Assembly: GCA_051294905.1 (NCBI GenBank)
Contig: CM119371.1
Span: 5,024,001 to 5,088,000, forward strand
Direction: 5' to 3'
Length of the DNA: 64,000 nt
Source: Botryllus schlosseri
Taxonomy: Eukaryota
Part shown: piece by piece, positions 51,189 to 64,000 of the stretch
How the letters are laid out: each line of letters starts with the position of its first letter
Position numbering within the stretch: the first letter of the stretch is position 1
Program-made: the position numbers and the translations under genes
Notes under the pieces: generated by a model
What the model saw: only the letters and a program-made list of their open reading frames with translations
The model's database searches: none
What the model was told of the DNA's origin: nothing

Positions 51189-51989
51189 ATATTAACCCTA
51201 ATTATCAATTCCGTCAGATCATGACGTCATTCCTTTGTGACGTCATCGAACTCGCATACCTAAGGAAAATTAGCGTTCGGCGCCTATGTCGCCAGAGGGT
51301 AATGCCACTCAGATTTTGGTAGTGGTCATAAACGTTGAAGAACTAGTGGTCTCCAAAAGATTGTCAAAGACATTCCTCTGTAGGCTAGTGCTATCGGAGC
51401 TGGTGTTTACTGCGACCAATGCCATGGCGCCTACTCCGAACCAGATATCCGTCCCTAATCGCCTGGCCTAACCGGGCTTACAGTGTATCACTTGTTCCAG
51501 AATTGTTTTGAATCTTTTATTCAGTCATACCGGTGAATTGTTGAAGGCATAGTAGATTAACAGTTTCGTGTCTTGTAGCTGAAATCTATCGAACGATCAA
51601 GTTGAAACCTGAACGTCCCAAATGTTCAATTGCAGCCAATATCTGAAAGGGAATCGGGAATGAAATTGTGATCTACAAAATATGTGCGAAAACATGTATG
51701 AGGAACTACTCGTCTGACTTGTGAGATTGCAGATCATCACAATGCCCAATAATACCACTAAACTGGTAATATTAGATGATCAATTTGATATTCTTGGATA
51801 TTGTTATTTATCACACTGCTCTGTTTTTGCTAATTCTTTCTGTATTTCAGATTGGGTTGCTATAATATAAGAATTATAATACTGTGTAATAGCTCATTTC
51901 ATGCTGTCATTGAATACTCGTTTTCAAGCAGAGAGCGGTTGATGTGTCATGCTTGAAGAAGTAAAGTAATATACAGATAATCCAGAAGA

Positions 51990-53180
51990 ATGACAAGGAT
52001 GATGTGCTGGATCTGTGGAAAGAGCTTCCATCGTAAGAATGGATATAAAGCTCACTTTCTATTCCACCTTATAGATAGAAATACCGAATGTGAGATCTGC
52101 GGAAAAATCTTTGCTGCAATCACTTTATTGAAAAAACATTTGATATCCCACAACTTTTCGAAAAATCATGAACGCAAGGGCATTGGCAAAGAGTATAATC
52201 CGATCGATCACTTGAAAAGACATGCGGATAAACGTACTGCTCACCTTGGAGTCAGAAGCCACGACTGTGAGATCTGTGGAAAGTCGTTTGTGCGGGTTGA
52301 CGCCCTGAAAACGCATGGAAATATACATACTGGAGTCAAAAACTATGAGTGTCGGATCTGCGGAAAAGCGTTTTTTCGGCTCAGTAACTTGAAAACACAT
52401 GAGAATATACATACTGGAGTCAAAAACTATGAGTGTCATATCTGCGGAAAAGTGTTTACCCAGCTTGTTGACTTAAAACGACATGAAAATACGCATACTG
52501 GGGTCAAAAACTATGAGTGTGAGATCTGCGGAAAAGTGTTTATTCTTCTCAGTAACTTGAAAACCCATGAGAATATACATACTGGAGTCAAAAACTATGC
52601 ATGTCAGATTTGCGGAAAAGCGTTTAACCAGCTTGGTGAATTGAAAACACATGGAATTACACATACCGCGGTAAAAAACTATGCATGTCAGCTATGTGGA
52701 AAAGTTTTTGCCAGGCTTGGTGATATAAAAAGACATGGAAATACACATACTGGAGTCAAAAACTATGCATGTCAGATTTGCGGAAAAGCGTTTACCCTGC
52801 CTGGTAACTTGAAAAGACATGGAAATACACATACTGGAGTCCAAAACTATGAGTGTCAGATCTGTAGTAAAGCGTTTAGTCAGCTCAGTAACTTGAAAAC
52901 CCATGTGCATACACATTCCGGAGTCAAAAACTATGCATGTCAGGTCTGCGGAAAAGCGTTTACCCGACTTGTTAACTTGAAAGAGCATGGAAATACACAT
53001 ACTGGAGTCCGAAACTATGAGTGTCAGATCTGTGGTAAAGCGTTTAGTCAGCTCAGTAACTTGAAAACCCACGTGAATACACATTCCGGAGTCAAAAATT
53101 ATGCATGTCAGACGTGCGGAAAAGCGTTTAACCGGCTTGGTAGCTTGAAAAGACATAGAAATACACATGCAGTAGAGTAG
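51990..53180 (+). CDS. Tandem C2H2 zinc-finger protein C (family 1), 396 aa, 13 canonical fingers
   Basis: Intact ORF with the same N-terminus as A and B (MTRxMCxICGKSFHRK). It keeps the terminal finger and stop (HRNTHAVE*) that is out of frame in A and B. Same upstream acceptor, ending at 51850. Confidence 0.92.
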   Translation: MTRMMCWICGKSFHRKNGYKAHFLFHLIDRNTECEICGKIFAAITLLKKHLISHNFSKNHERKGIGKEYNPIDHLKRHADKRTAHLGVRSHDCEICGKSFVRVDALKTHGNIHTGVKNYECRICGKAFFRLSNLKTHENIHTGVKNYECHICGKVFTQLVDLKRHENTHTGVKNYECEICGKVFILLSNLKTHENIHTGVKNYACQICGKAFNQLGELKTHGITHTAVKNYACQLCGKVFARLGDIKRHGNTHTGVKNYACQICGKAFTLPGNLKRHGNTHTGVQNYECQICSKAFSQLSNLKTHVHTHSGVKNYACQVCGKAFTRLVNLKEHGNTHTGVRNYECQICGKAFSQLSNLKTHVNTHSGVKNYACQTCGKAFNRLGSLKRHRNTHAVE

Positions 53181-54414
53181 CGGAACTTGTATCTTTTTAT
53201 TCTCGCGATGATGATCTCGAATATGAAGCAGTAATATTGACAGGAACACCTTATACTAAAATATGCTGTTATTTAGAGTGGACGTCCATTCAATCTGCTA
53301 TCATATCAATACAATTTAATATTGGGTTCAAATCTGTACGAGTACTCAACACATACCGTGTGTCTTTGAATCACCTTTCTGGCTAAATGATTTCTGTGCC
53401 GGGTGTGTAGAAATGGTGGTGTGGTGGTGGTGAACTTGTATCTTCATGTTGCAACGCCTCTGGCCCATGTACATTTATCACTGCCACAATAAAATTTCTG
53501 TATACGTTGTTTTTCTTGCCTAATATTTTTCAGTTTTAAAATGTCTCTCCTAGTTTCATATTTTAATTACAGCATAGGATCAGTGCCTGAAAATTTGTTT
53601 CTCACTGCCTGAATCAGTTTCAATGAACACCTACTTGTGATAATTTGCGCTGGGTCTATTGTTCAGAGAAGTTTGAAGGTTATGTTCAAGTCTTTGTATC
53701 ACAGTACTAATACTATAGTTTATGTCACCTAAATTTTAAGCTTCGTGTGCATTATCCTGCGTCATATTCTCTGGTAATTAGCAGTCTGTGCATATCGTTT
53801 TCAATTTCGTTTCAAATTGTAATGTTGTGGCCATTTTGTAAATATGTGTTTCTTGCCATCAATTTCATGCAATTTTTCGACATTTTCACTTCCTCGTGAG
53901 ATTTCTATTCGTTCATATTTAATCATGGAGCTGCAATAAGAAGCTCCTTGTCGTCTGATATGATGTTCTGTCAGCTTTTTGCTAGTAGTATCTCCTAATT
54001 CCAGCAGTATGCAGCATCCTTACAAATACGACGTGAAGTGGATCCCCTTATGATTTGTGACACCGGTGATTAGCATATCATTGATCGCAATCCTTTGTGA
54101 TGATGTGATTATTAACAGTCAGCCGCAGCACATATTATATTTATTCTGTTTCGCTTTGAAATATATTGAATATCTGATCAATTCTGTGTGTATTTCTGTT
54201 ATACACTCGCTGCATCTTGTCAACAATATCGTTCCTACATGAGATTTTGTTTCGTTCAGATTATTTGTAATTCATAGACAGTACTACAACACTGCACAAC
54301 AGTGCTCCTTGACTTGTTTTGTTTGATGAAACCTTGAAGCTGATATGACGAACTCATGAACCCTGTTTACTAAAGAGGCAAACTGAGGTAAATTGTGATA
54401 TGAATAATCAGTGA

Positions 54415-55271
54415 TAGGGCGATTTTTTTCGACCTGTCGAAATTTGTCAAAATTGTTCACAAAGTCGAAAAATTTTTGACGTATGCAGTTCGTTTGTATC
54501 ATAGATTTTGCACTGTTGGTGAACTTATCATTTGATATTTTACAACTTGTAGCCTACTTTATAGGCCTTCCGTTGTAAACGGCCAATTGTTTGCTCATTG
54601 TGAATTATTAACGGTCAAATAAAACAAATAGGTAAACATGGTGTTATGATCAAGGTACCGCAATATCCTAACTGAAGAAAGACTTCTTGGGCATTGCATC
54701 ATTCTTATATTAAGGAGCGCATCATTCTTATATTAAGGAGCACATGATGAAAAATTGTTATGTAGACTACATTTTCAGAATGAAGCAACACGGTGTGTCA
54801 CCAACAGTGTACGCAGCCAACAACTGCTGCTGTTGAACGTTCTTTCTCCATTCTTAGCAAGCGTCTTAGTAAGGAAATGCACTTTCTACCCAAAGATGTA
54901 GGAAAGTATCTCTCGTTTTATTTTAGTTGTATACTACAAATTTTAATTATTTCTACCATAATACGTATTGTAACCACTGGAATTTTTCATAGGGCCAGAC
55001 TTCGTTAAAATATTAGTTTTGTCATGTCAAAATTTGCCTGTTTCCAAGCCAAAAACGTTTTTTTCATGCCAAACTACTTCGTTAGGACAGCCAGTTCAAA
55101 CTAGAAATGAAAATAAGTGGTACAGTTTTAACATTACATGGAAATACACCTAGTTTGCATACGCTAGGTCAAAATTTGGTCACAATTCAGTTTTGTTAGG
55201 TCGAAAAAAGTCAAAATTTTTATTTTTTGGGTCAACATTTTCTTTTTTCAGGTCAAAGAAAAATCGCCCTA
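54415..55271 (+). mobile_element. Internally deleted hAT transposon with dimerisation-domain remnant
   Basis: TIR TAGGGCGATTTTT / AAAAATCGCCCTA. The internal peptide TQPTTAAVERSFSILSK (ORF 54793-55008) matches the hAT C-terminal dimerisation motif. Absent at the paralogous sites ~14290 and ~22870. Confidence 0.85.
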
Positions 55272-56972
55272 ATCATTAGGCATATCAATTGAACTACCCA
55301 AAGCTACCGATATTACAGACACTGCTGGCGAGAGATTGATTATAGCTGCGGGCTGTACGGAAAATCACTTTTGGTCTGTGGTTTCACCTCTGTGCCACCA
55401 GACCAGATATTTATGGTTTAATTCGTGACGGTTGCTTCTCCAAGAACTCAGCAGCTGTAGAGCAAAACTAATGTCACTCCCTAGCCAACGTGATTGGGTA
55501 AGGAATAATATTACGCATAAAACTTGTAATGAATAATTGTACTGGCAACAGAGCACTAATCTTCTGTGGCAATCCGACACTATGGGGGCACATATTGGCT
55601 CAAAATCGTCATTCCCTGTTACTTTGATCCTATGCAAATTGCGAGCTACATAGAATGCCCTTTCGGAAGAAGTGTACAGAGCACTATGAAACATTGCGCC
55701 ATAGTAGAACTGTGATAGTTTTTGGCTGTCTGTCAATTGCATCACCTTAACCAGTGGCTCTCAACTGCAAATTTCCAGGCCTGTGCCAGTCTGCTTTAAC
55801 TTTTCAGTCGGCGGAACAAATATATATTTGATGTATTCGTAATCGCAAAATGTAAGAGGTGGGAGTCTTGTTCATAAATTATAGAACAAGAACACAGCCT
55901 TCATTTTTATCCGTCATCGCAGTGCTGCAATCGATGCAGCGATCTGTTTGAAAGTACCCAGAAACACGTTTATTAAGAAAAAAACATCACTTCATGTTCA
56001 GGCGTGCTTGGAACGAGATGTTTGATTATGGCTTAGGGTCAAAATTGGCTCCGTACATACTATTGCTTAAAAAAATGGCCAAAATGTCGATTTCAGATTG
56101 CATAGCTTTTGCTGGTCGGAATCGACCAAAATTTGGTATGTAACGTTGTTAGGCGACCTGACAATGTCATCACTCTGCGAGTGAAGTGTAAAAAACGTTA
56201 CAGCCATTCTGTAACAGCAGTTACGAGGGGATTGTTCAACCACCAATGTCTCATTGTTATTGAACGAATAAAATCCAGTAGATGAGATTTTGAGTCAGTC
56301 GGCAGTTTTGTCAACTTGTAAAGATCATACAGACAGCTTGTTATTTCTAGAAACAACGTGTTTTCGAACTTGATCCTTTATATCTAAAAATAGCCCTTCT
56401 ATGCCTTGCGAAATTGTGTTTTGTGCAGGGTTGTAATGACTCGAGTCACGATTTTGTGACGACTCGACTTGACCCAGTCATGTTTTCAAAATACGGAAAT
56501 GATTCGACTCGACATTGAGTCAATTTGTGCATTGACTCGAGTCATTGCGCATGACTCGAACCAAGTCATTAAACTCGACGCCAAAGACCGACATTTCATT
56601 GTTATTCAGAACAATAGTAAAGTAACCACACTATATTAGGATTACGTTTATTGGTCCTGGTACTTGAAAATGCGACCAGACACTGCTAAAGGTTGAGGAA
56701 ATAAGGATATTGTACGTGTAATATTGTTTAAAGGGCAGAATGATTTTGTTGTTTCTGTCTATTTTTTTAAACATGCTATATAATACCACATTTGAATACA
56801 ATGTAAATACAAATATCATGCAACTAGAGCTACAACTCGATCGATACTCACAACAAGAACTAGAACTACTCACTTTATGAAATGTGCAACTACAACTACA
56901 ACTACTCAAAATAACAGTAATCAGTCGACCATCAACTAATTCTATTAAAATTTGTACATGTCCAAATTTCAG

Positions 56973-57110
56973 GCACTTCTTAAGAATGAGCAATGAGCAT
57001 GTTAAATACAAAATGTGTCAAGAGATCATTCTCCATTGCAGTTTGAATCACAAGCACGTTTGATTTAAAGGATTTTTGTCGACATCGTTCTCGAGTTGTG
57101 CAAAAGACGG
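56973..57110 (+). pseudogene. PLK1: PLK1 pseudo-exon (alphaC/hinge exon), copy e
   Basis: tttcag|ALLKNE..KYKMCQEIILHCSLNHKHV*FKGF..VDIVLELCKRR, with an internal deletion and the donor lost. Confidence 0.85.
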
Positions 57111-57980
57111 ACAAGCGTATTTCCTCATTACAACTGTAATGTATATCTAACTGTAGTGATCGCAATTACATCAGATTTGTAACGTTCATTAGCGAGCCCA
57201 CTTGGACAACTAGATAATCCCAGTTGCCTAATTAAGACTTATTATAGCCAAATTCCGGTAATCTAATAATATTCTAATTTGAGAAATACTGTCATTTTAA
57301 TTCTAATATAATTTATGGGTTAACTGAAAATGCTGCAGGAGAACTGTATAGTGCGAAAAGAGTCGATTTTGGTGTACAGAGACTTATCATTCTCTTGCTA
57401 TGAAAATGAACTGTTATTTGGTATGAAGTGATTTGGTTTTTATTGCATTTGTTTTACGAATTAAATGATTCTAATCTAATTTCGATAACTTGTGTAGCTA
57501 TAACTTTAATTGTAATCAAGTTTAAAAAATTTCTCGTTACCCAACTCTGATCACTAGATCGCGACCGATATCGTATTTTTAAGCCAAAACCGATAAGTAG
57601 CACCCTGGCCGTTAACCACAATCGGCCGATATTGAAATGAAATGGCAAGTAGCTTAACACATATTTCCAAACCTTCAGAGTATTTAGTTGGCCAACGTTA
57701 CATTTGAACAACTGTAAGCATGGTCAGTCAGTAGCAATAACACTTCTACTTTTACAGAGTACTCGTAAGGTTTTGCCCCGCGGTTTCACCATTATTAGTA
57801 GTGATCACTCTGAGACATCTGCAAGAACATCACACAATGGGAAACCGGTATCATGATTTACGACAAAGGAAGACACATGTTTTGTAGTTGATCGGCAACT
57901 AAAATATTTTTACATGCACAATCAGAACTACGGTACTCACTTTTTAAAATCTACAACTAAATCCAGTACCTGAATTTCAG

Positions 57981-58129
57981 GCATTGCTTGTGAAGTAGCA
58001 TGAGAAAGACAAATGTGTGAAGAGATCAGTCTCCATCAAAGTTTGAATCACAAGCACGTCATTGGAGTTCAGGGATTCTTCCAAGACTGGGATTTTGTCT
58101 ACGTCGTTCTTGAGTTGTGCAAAAGAATG
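57981..58129 (+). pseudogene. PLK1: PLK1 pseudo-exon (alphaC/hinge exon), copy f
   Basis: tttcag|[48 protein letters not shown]|gtaaa. Flanks 57720-58790 are collinear with 34520-35560. Confidence 0.9.
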
Positions 58130-59179
58130 GTAAAAGCATTTTGTCGTTACAATGTAGTATACTTCTAGCTGTGCCAATCGAAAATGCATTAGATCTGTCA
58201 TGTTCATTACTAGCAGTCTTATGCAACCATAAAATTATTGTTCTATACCGTACTATATTAGGCTAAATAGGGCGAAGTACTTGTAATGTAATTCTAATCT
58301 AATTAGTCAACTAATTCTACACATATAGTGTGAAACGAGTCAGATTGGTCAACTGTTCTCATGCTTATGATAATTAAGTCCGATTTGAAATGAAAGGAAA
58401 TTGATTTCTTTTCCCAACTACGTATTTGTAATTCAAATCAAATTTGGAAAAATGTGGTTATTATAATTCAAATTCTAATCTAGTTTGGATAATAATGTGA
58501 TATTTTTCTAGTTGCACCATTGCGATTTCTAGGGCTGAGCATAATGATTTGATGACTCAAATCTGAATTGAGTATCAATTCTGATAATTTGAGTCGAGTA
58601 GTAGTAAATTATTGTTTCGAGTACCGATAATATACACTCCATGCCGCGAAAGGGAAAAATTATATTAACAATAAGCTCAACTGAACCGGTGGAAATTATA
58701 CTTTCGATAATATTTCTCACTGTGAAAAGCTGTAAACCTTGATTGGTCGTACAGCAGCAGACAAAACATATAGTACAAAGCTACTCGCGTACATTGGAAT
58801 GGCATTTCCGAGTAGTCGTGATGGAATAGGTATGGTCATAAAAGTGCCACATAATCTTTATAATGTGACTAGAATCTGCATTATATTCTTTGTGGTGTTG
58901 CTGTGACGTTTACACGAGTGACTCAAACTCATTACTTGATCAAAATCAGATCAGTCGCACACTCTGTTTTGGCCAGCACTATTTATTACATGTTCGATTT
59001 CAAAAAACAAGTATTAAATGAAGTTTCTAGTTGGGAAGGTTCACCGGGGTGCAAAAACTGTCGTCAAGTTTCACTGTCCCTCAAACACAGAGAGGTTGAG
59101 AAACACTGATTTAGTGGCATCCAACAAATAATATTTTTTTCATTCCAGCAATCCAATTACCTTATACTTTTGTTGTCAG

Positions 59180-59305
59180 TCGCTGATGGAAGTTTACAAA
59201 AGAAGATGCGCCATCACAGAACCAGAGACCCGTTATCACTCACAACGGATTCTGTTTCGTGTAGTTTGTCGTCACAATTGCAAAATCATTTACAGAGATG
59301 TCAAG
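59180..59305 (+). pseudogene. PLK1: PLK1 exon copy (alphaD/alphaE to HRD exon), copy b, reading frame still open
   Basis: cag|SLMEVYKRRCAITEPETRYHSQRILFRVVCRHNCKIIYRDVK|gtaac, 126 nt with no stop. HRD has become YRD. Confidence 0.88.
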
Positions 59306-60425
59306 GTAACATTGTATGCTGTCGTGCATTCGTAAATAATCTTCGAAAATTATGTCAGAACCAGAGCCGACCGATTATTGATTTGTCAATTTGGTGATAA
59401 AACTATGCACATCATGTACCAGTAATGTAAAATGGTTGATGACGCTACAAGCTCTTGAAAGAGAATTTGGACCAATTACAGGATTTTCTACCAGAATCAC
59501 TTTTCACTTTTCTTTATACTCAACTTGAACCTACGACCATAGAAAATCCCCTATTAACTTACTAATAATACATAACTCACTAATGATTGTTTGGTTGCTA
59601 AATTACAAATGAGCTGAGAAAATTGGAGATAGAACTGGCATCTCAAATTGACGGGGTTTCGAGCTTAAAACGGGGATGGTATCGACCAACCCTGCCTATA
59701 CCACTTTTTGGCTGGATGACTCAGAGGTAGGGCTGCAATGATTCGAGTCATGACTCGACTCAAACTCAATTCACACTTATTTGGTGACTCGACCTAACTC
59801 GAGTCGTATGACTCAAGACCAGGACTATCACTGAAACTTCGAAGAATAGTAAAGTCACCACATGATTGGTATTTTGTATATCAGTCCTGATACTGGGAAA
59901 AAGGGCCAGAAACTGTCAAACTGAGGAAAGTAACGATATCATGAATGCGTGCCATTCTATATCCCCCCGAAGATAATTGGAAAAAGTATATTGTACTGAT
60001 AACTGAACAGTGAACATAATGACTCAGTTTTCTGCTAGCTAACTTGGACTCGGACTTGACTCGATGGTGAATTGAAAATGACTCGACTTGATTCGAATCA
60101 AAACTATAAAAGTGAGATTGACTTGTGACTTGGTTACAACCCTGCTCTGAGCTAGTAAAGGCTGCAAAAATATCGTGCAACAGAACACCGGTATCACGGC
60201 GACATACATTTTCTAGTTGTCGGCAACTACATTTTTTTGAATGAACCACTCACTATTCGAGATCTGCAACTACAACTGAAACAAATTGCTTTTAATTTTT
60301 TGCTATGCAACTAAAACCTGAATTCCTCAAAATGGCAGTAGTTTGTTGACCATCAACTACCTGGATTGGTAGTTTGTACAAATCAGTGTACCTGAGTAAT
60401 TTGAATATGAAAGTTGTATCGACAG

Positions 60426-60613
60426 CTTGGAATCTTTTCCTGAACAATATGGAGATGAAGATCGAAGATCTCGGAGAGATGTCAACCTGGCTACCAAAGT
60501 CGACTTTGACACAAAAATACTTTTTGCGGCACACCCAACTATATTGCCCCGGAAGTTATTGGAAAGAATGGGCACAGTTTCGATGTGGAGACCTGGTCGC
60601 TGGGCTGTGTTCT
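60426..60613 (+). pseudogene. PLK1: PLK1 pseudo-exon (DFG / activation loop / APE exon), copy a
   Basis: cag|[25 protein letters not shown]...[29 protein letters not shown]|gtgagt across frameshifts. Compare [62 protein letters not shown]. Confidence 0.92.
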
Positions 60614-62540
60614 GTGAGTATATAAGAACATCCATGTGAAACTTTATTAAACGGGAATTGCGGAGGTCTTAGGGGTAGGACTGGGAGAATTCGAGCAACT
60701 GAGTGATTTGATTCTGAATCCAGTGTTAGCCTTAGAGTCCAGTATCTGAGTATCAATCGATATGACATCAGTATGAATGATGTGGATAGTGCAGATCTGC
60801 AATTCTGCATCACATTGAAGATGATTTCGTATATTTTCGACCACGCCAATTATATCGCACTTTGTGACTTCACAGACGCTGCCCACCAAATTTGCCTCAA
60901 TTCCAAACAGCCGAACCGCAGCAGAGCCAATTGAATTTTTTAATTTTATTAAAAAAGGTTAAATTTTACTGTTAATCCAATGAAATTGCTAAGTTGTCTA
61001 AAAGAGTGATGCATAGCAATTTTCGCTCCCTTCTAACCAGCCCTAGTGGACAGTGCTGCCAAATCTATAATTTCTGTCGAGTAGCAAGGAAGGTATCATT
61101 TCGGTGCTCGAAAAATCATCTCTCATTACTCGACTGGAATCATTGTGCCCAGCCTTAGCTATTGCATATCGCAGAGGCTTCTGACGTTTTTATCAGCGAG
61201 GCTTGGCAAAATCTAGCATCTTGGTGATTTGGTTGCGTGTTAAGTATCCTGCCATGAAACCTACCAATCCATATTTTGACCTATTTTGCTTTTGCTATGA
61301 AAATGAATTTTTCCAGCCCTCGCCCCTCGTCACAATTGCAGTGCCATTATTTCAAAGCTTTAAGATCTTATTTCTTTACTTGACAGGTGCTACTAATACA
61401 GAGACACAGAAGCACATATGTGACAAACAAGAAGCGACCATCATTTGCAGTAATCAATCATTGGACTCAAGAAATTGATGCATACCGGCCAATCCGACTT
61501 TGAAGTTTGCTATAAATATGGGTTGGTATTTATGTAATCAGTAGCCTAATTGATTTCATTTTCAATCGACTTCCTTCTTACATGTAGGCCTACTTGTACG
61601 GATCAGAGATTTTATAGCATTCATGACTTTCACAACTGAAGAATATCATAAATTCTCTGTGCAAATCCAGTTTGTCAAATGACATTGACGCAAATCTGAC
61701 CGATATCTTGAAATCCATGCTAATCTCAAATTCATGTCAAGTTATAGAGATATCATAGATCCAAATTACGGCTGTTGCTCGCATGTGACGTTGTCGAGAA
61801 GATTGTTGACGCTTGGGCTGTGCACAATGAATCGGGTGTGTGCTTGAATCTGAATCGCGCATTATTTTTCTTGATTCCAGTCGAATAGTGAGAGACGATC
61901 CGTTCCGTCACTGAAACCTCGCGCTCCTTATCATTTAGAGTTGATTGATCAATAAAATGATTGCTTCCATACTCATGTCCAATGTACAAAGATGTAAACC
62001 TCGAGTGGTCATAAACGCAACATACTTAACATGAGGTACAAACATGCACGCATATTACTGGAACTGACATATCTGTGAAGTCGTGATCCATCTACAGCAT
62101 TGTCACAAAGTGCAATGAAATAGGTGTGGTCAGAGGGATAACAAATCATCCTTAATGTGATGTAGGACTGGCATTATATTGGTTGTAGTCGCGGAAAAGT
62201 TATTTAAGTTATTTAAACTTTCCACTTCATCCACACTGGTATGGCATCATAATAAGCCATACCGTATTCGAAGACTTGACTCGAAGCCTGATACTCAATT
62301 CAATTCCAAATCACCTAGGTACTTGATTTTTGGAAGCCCTACGTATAACAAGTCGAATATCAAAATGGGGCCATGAATTAAAATTTTTAATTAGAAAGGT
62401 TTATCGGTTCAGAAAATTGGTTGTCGAATTTTACAGGCCCGTCGACTCAAAAAGGTTGAGAACCAATGATTTAGATTCCCAACAAATAATTTTGTTGTTT
62501 TCATCCTGTCAATCCGATTACCTTTAATATGTGTTTTCAG

Positions 62541-62663
62541 TTGTGATGGAAGTTTACAAAACAGATGTGCCATCACAGAAGCAGAGACTCGTTATTAAAT
62601 GCGACTGATTCTGATTAACGTCGTTATCTTCACGATTGTAAGATCATTTACAGAGGTATCAAG
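62541..62663 (+). pseudogene. PLK1: PLK1 pseudo-exon (HRD exon), copy c
   Basis: Nucleotide paralog of 33225-33350 and 59180-59305 (atggaagtttacaaaa..gccatcacagaagcagagactcgttat..tgtaagatcatttacagag), with several indels. Upstream intron ~62050-62540 resembles ~32750-33225. Confidence 0.82.
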
Positions 62664-63222
62664 ATAATAATTGTAGTGTAGGGATCTAATGAAACTAAAT
62701 AGAGCTAGGCTGTAATCTAATTCTGTCCTGATTTGTCGAATTTATGAAATGCTCTCAATATTCTAATTTCTGCTTTTCCTGAAGTTGCTACAGGAGAACT
62801 GTATCTTGTGAAACCAACGAAGCACGGTGTTACAGACACGTGCGGTCTAAAAATGCCGAATAATCTGTATTGTGATTCCACTGTTTTTGGTTGCATGAAA
62901 GGACCTTATTTGAACTTTATACATCATTGATGCTTTTATCATGACATAATGAGTTTTACTGACATAGTCATCTTGATTCGAAGCCTAATACTCACTTCAG
63001 TTTCAAATCAGTCAGGTATTCGATTTTGCACAGCCCTACGTATAACAAGTCAAATATCAAAGTACCAGCGTGATATGAAGTTTCTAACTTGAAAGGATCA
63101 ACGATCTGCAAAATGTGATGTTGAATTTTTACCTGCACCCAAGCTCATTTTTATATTGACCCAACAAATAATGCTACTGATGTCATTCTATCAATCCGAT
63201 TAGCTTTGAATTTCGTTGACAG

Positions 63223-63347
63223 TGGCCGATGGATCTTGAGAAAGAAGACGAGTCATCGCAGAAGCAGAGACTCGATCTTACTTGCAACAGATTCTGGTTG
63301 GAGTCGTTTATATTCACGGCTGTGCGATCATTCACACGGATATCCAG
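63223..63347 (+). pseudogene. PLK1: PLK1 pseudo-exon (HRD exon), copy d
   Basis: RRRVIAEAETRSYLQQILVGVVYIHGCAIIHTDIQ|gtgac, 125 nt (frameshifted). Confidence 0.85.
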
Positions 63348-63732
63348 GTGACATTGTTTGCAGTGGCTCCAGAGAGTGCAAACTGCTGGATTTTTAATAT
63401 GTTCAACTAGAACTAGAACTACTCAGTTTTCAGAACTAAAACTAGAACCAACGACCGTTACAAATCCGCAACTAACTAACTAAAATATAGCTAAGATGAG
63501 TAATAATTGATAATTTAACTTCTGAATTACATATGAGTTCAGAAACATTGGAGATAAAATCGGCATTTTAAACAAACGGGAAGTGTTTGCTTTTAAAATG
63601 TTAAAATATAAGACTAAAACTAGAACTAATCAAAACGGCAGCAGTTTCCGTAGTTGGCCATCATTTAACTGGAATGCTAGTATGCACAACTTTATATACT
63701 TTTGTAAGTCGATGTGAAGTTTGTATTGGCAG

Positions 63733-63918
63733 CTGGAGAAGATCTTCCCGAACAATATGGAGGTGAAGTTTGAAGATTTCTGTTGAGCTGCCACGGTCGA
63801 CTGTGACAGGTACACAATGAATACTCATTGCGGCTGTCCCGACTATTAATGACCCGGAAGTTCTCGGCAAGAATGCACATAGCTTCAAAGTGGACACCTT
63901 GTTGCTGGGTTCTGTTTC
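63733..63918 (+). pseudogene. PLK1: PLK1 pseudo-exon (activation loop exon), copy b
   Basis: cag|LEKIFPNNMEVKFEDFC*AATVDCDRYTMNTHCGCPDY..PEVLGKNAHSFKVDTLLLGSV|gtgagt. Confidence 0.85.
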
Positions 63919-64000
63919 GTGAGTACGTTGCATCAATAGCACCATTGAATACAGATTTTTATAAAAGGAGATCGCAAGGGTCTTAAATGTAGATTGTAGG

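Noticed and set aside
56973..63918. A functional spliced PLK1 gene assembled from the exon copies
   Set aside because: Every first, hinge and activation-loop exon copy has a stop, frameshift or truncation, only one HRD-exon copy is open, and no polo-box exons were seen.

Overview
AT-rich eukaryotic (metazoan, probably marine invertebrate; taxon not determinable here) genomic DNA made of segmental duplications and many non-autonomous DNA transposons. Two things dominate. (1) A cluster of single-exon tandem C2H2 zinc-finger genes on the + strand in two families: family 1 with TGVKNY linkers (A 9920-11851, broken by an in-frame TGA; B 19361-20827, 16 fingers; C 51990-53180, 13 fingers) and family 2 with AGIKNH linkers (D 26176-27339, 13 fingers; a deleted remnant at ~3599-3765). 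The arrays are homogenised 84-bp minisatellites whose variation is concentrated at the DNA-contacting helix positions, and no effector domain is visible. (2) Almost invisible in the ORF track: at least 15 decayed exon copies of a Polo-like kinase 1 (polo/PLK1) gene covering 5 different exons, all on the + strand, mostly with AG/GT splice sites, interleaved and in one case demonstrably co-duplicated with a ZNF gene. The rest is MITEs (Tc1/mariner-type with TA target duplications, hAT-type with 8-bp target duplications, often nested), tRNA-derived SINE fragments, a PHD-finger remnant and a hAT transposase remnant. No prokaryotic genes, CRISPR arrays or rRNA were seen. All homology calls are by eye from hand translation and were not database-checked.
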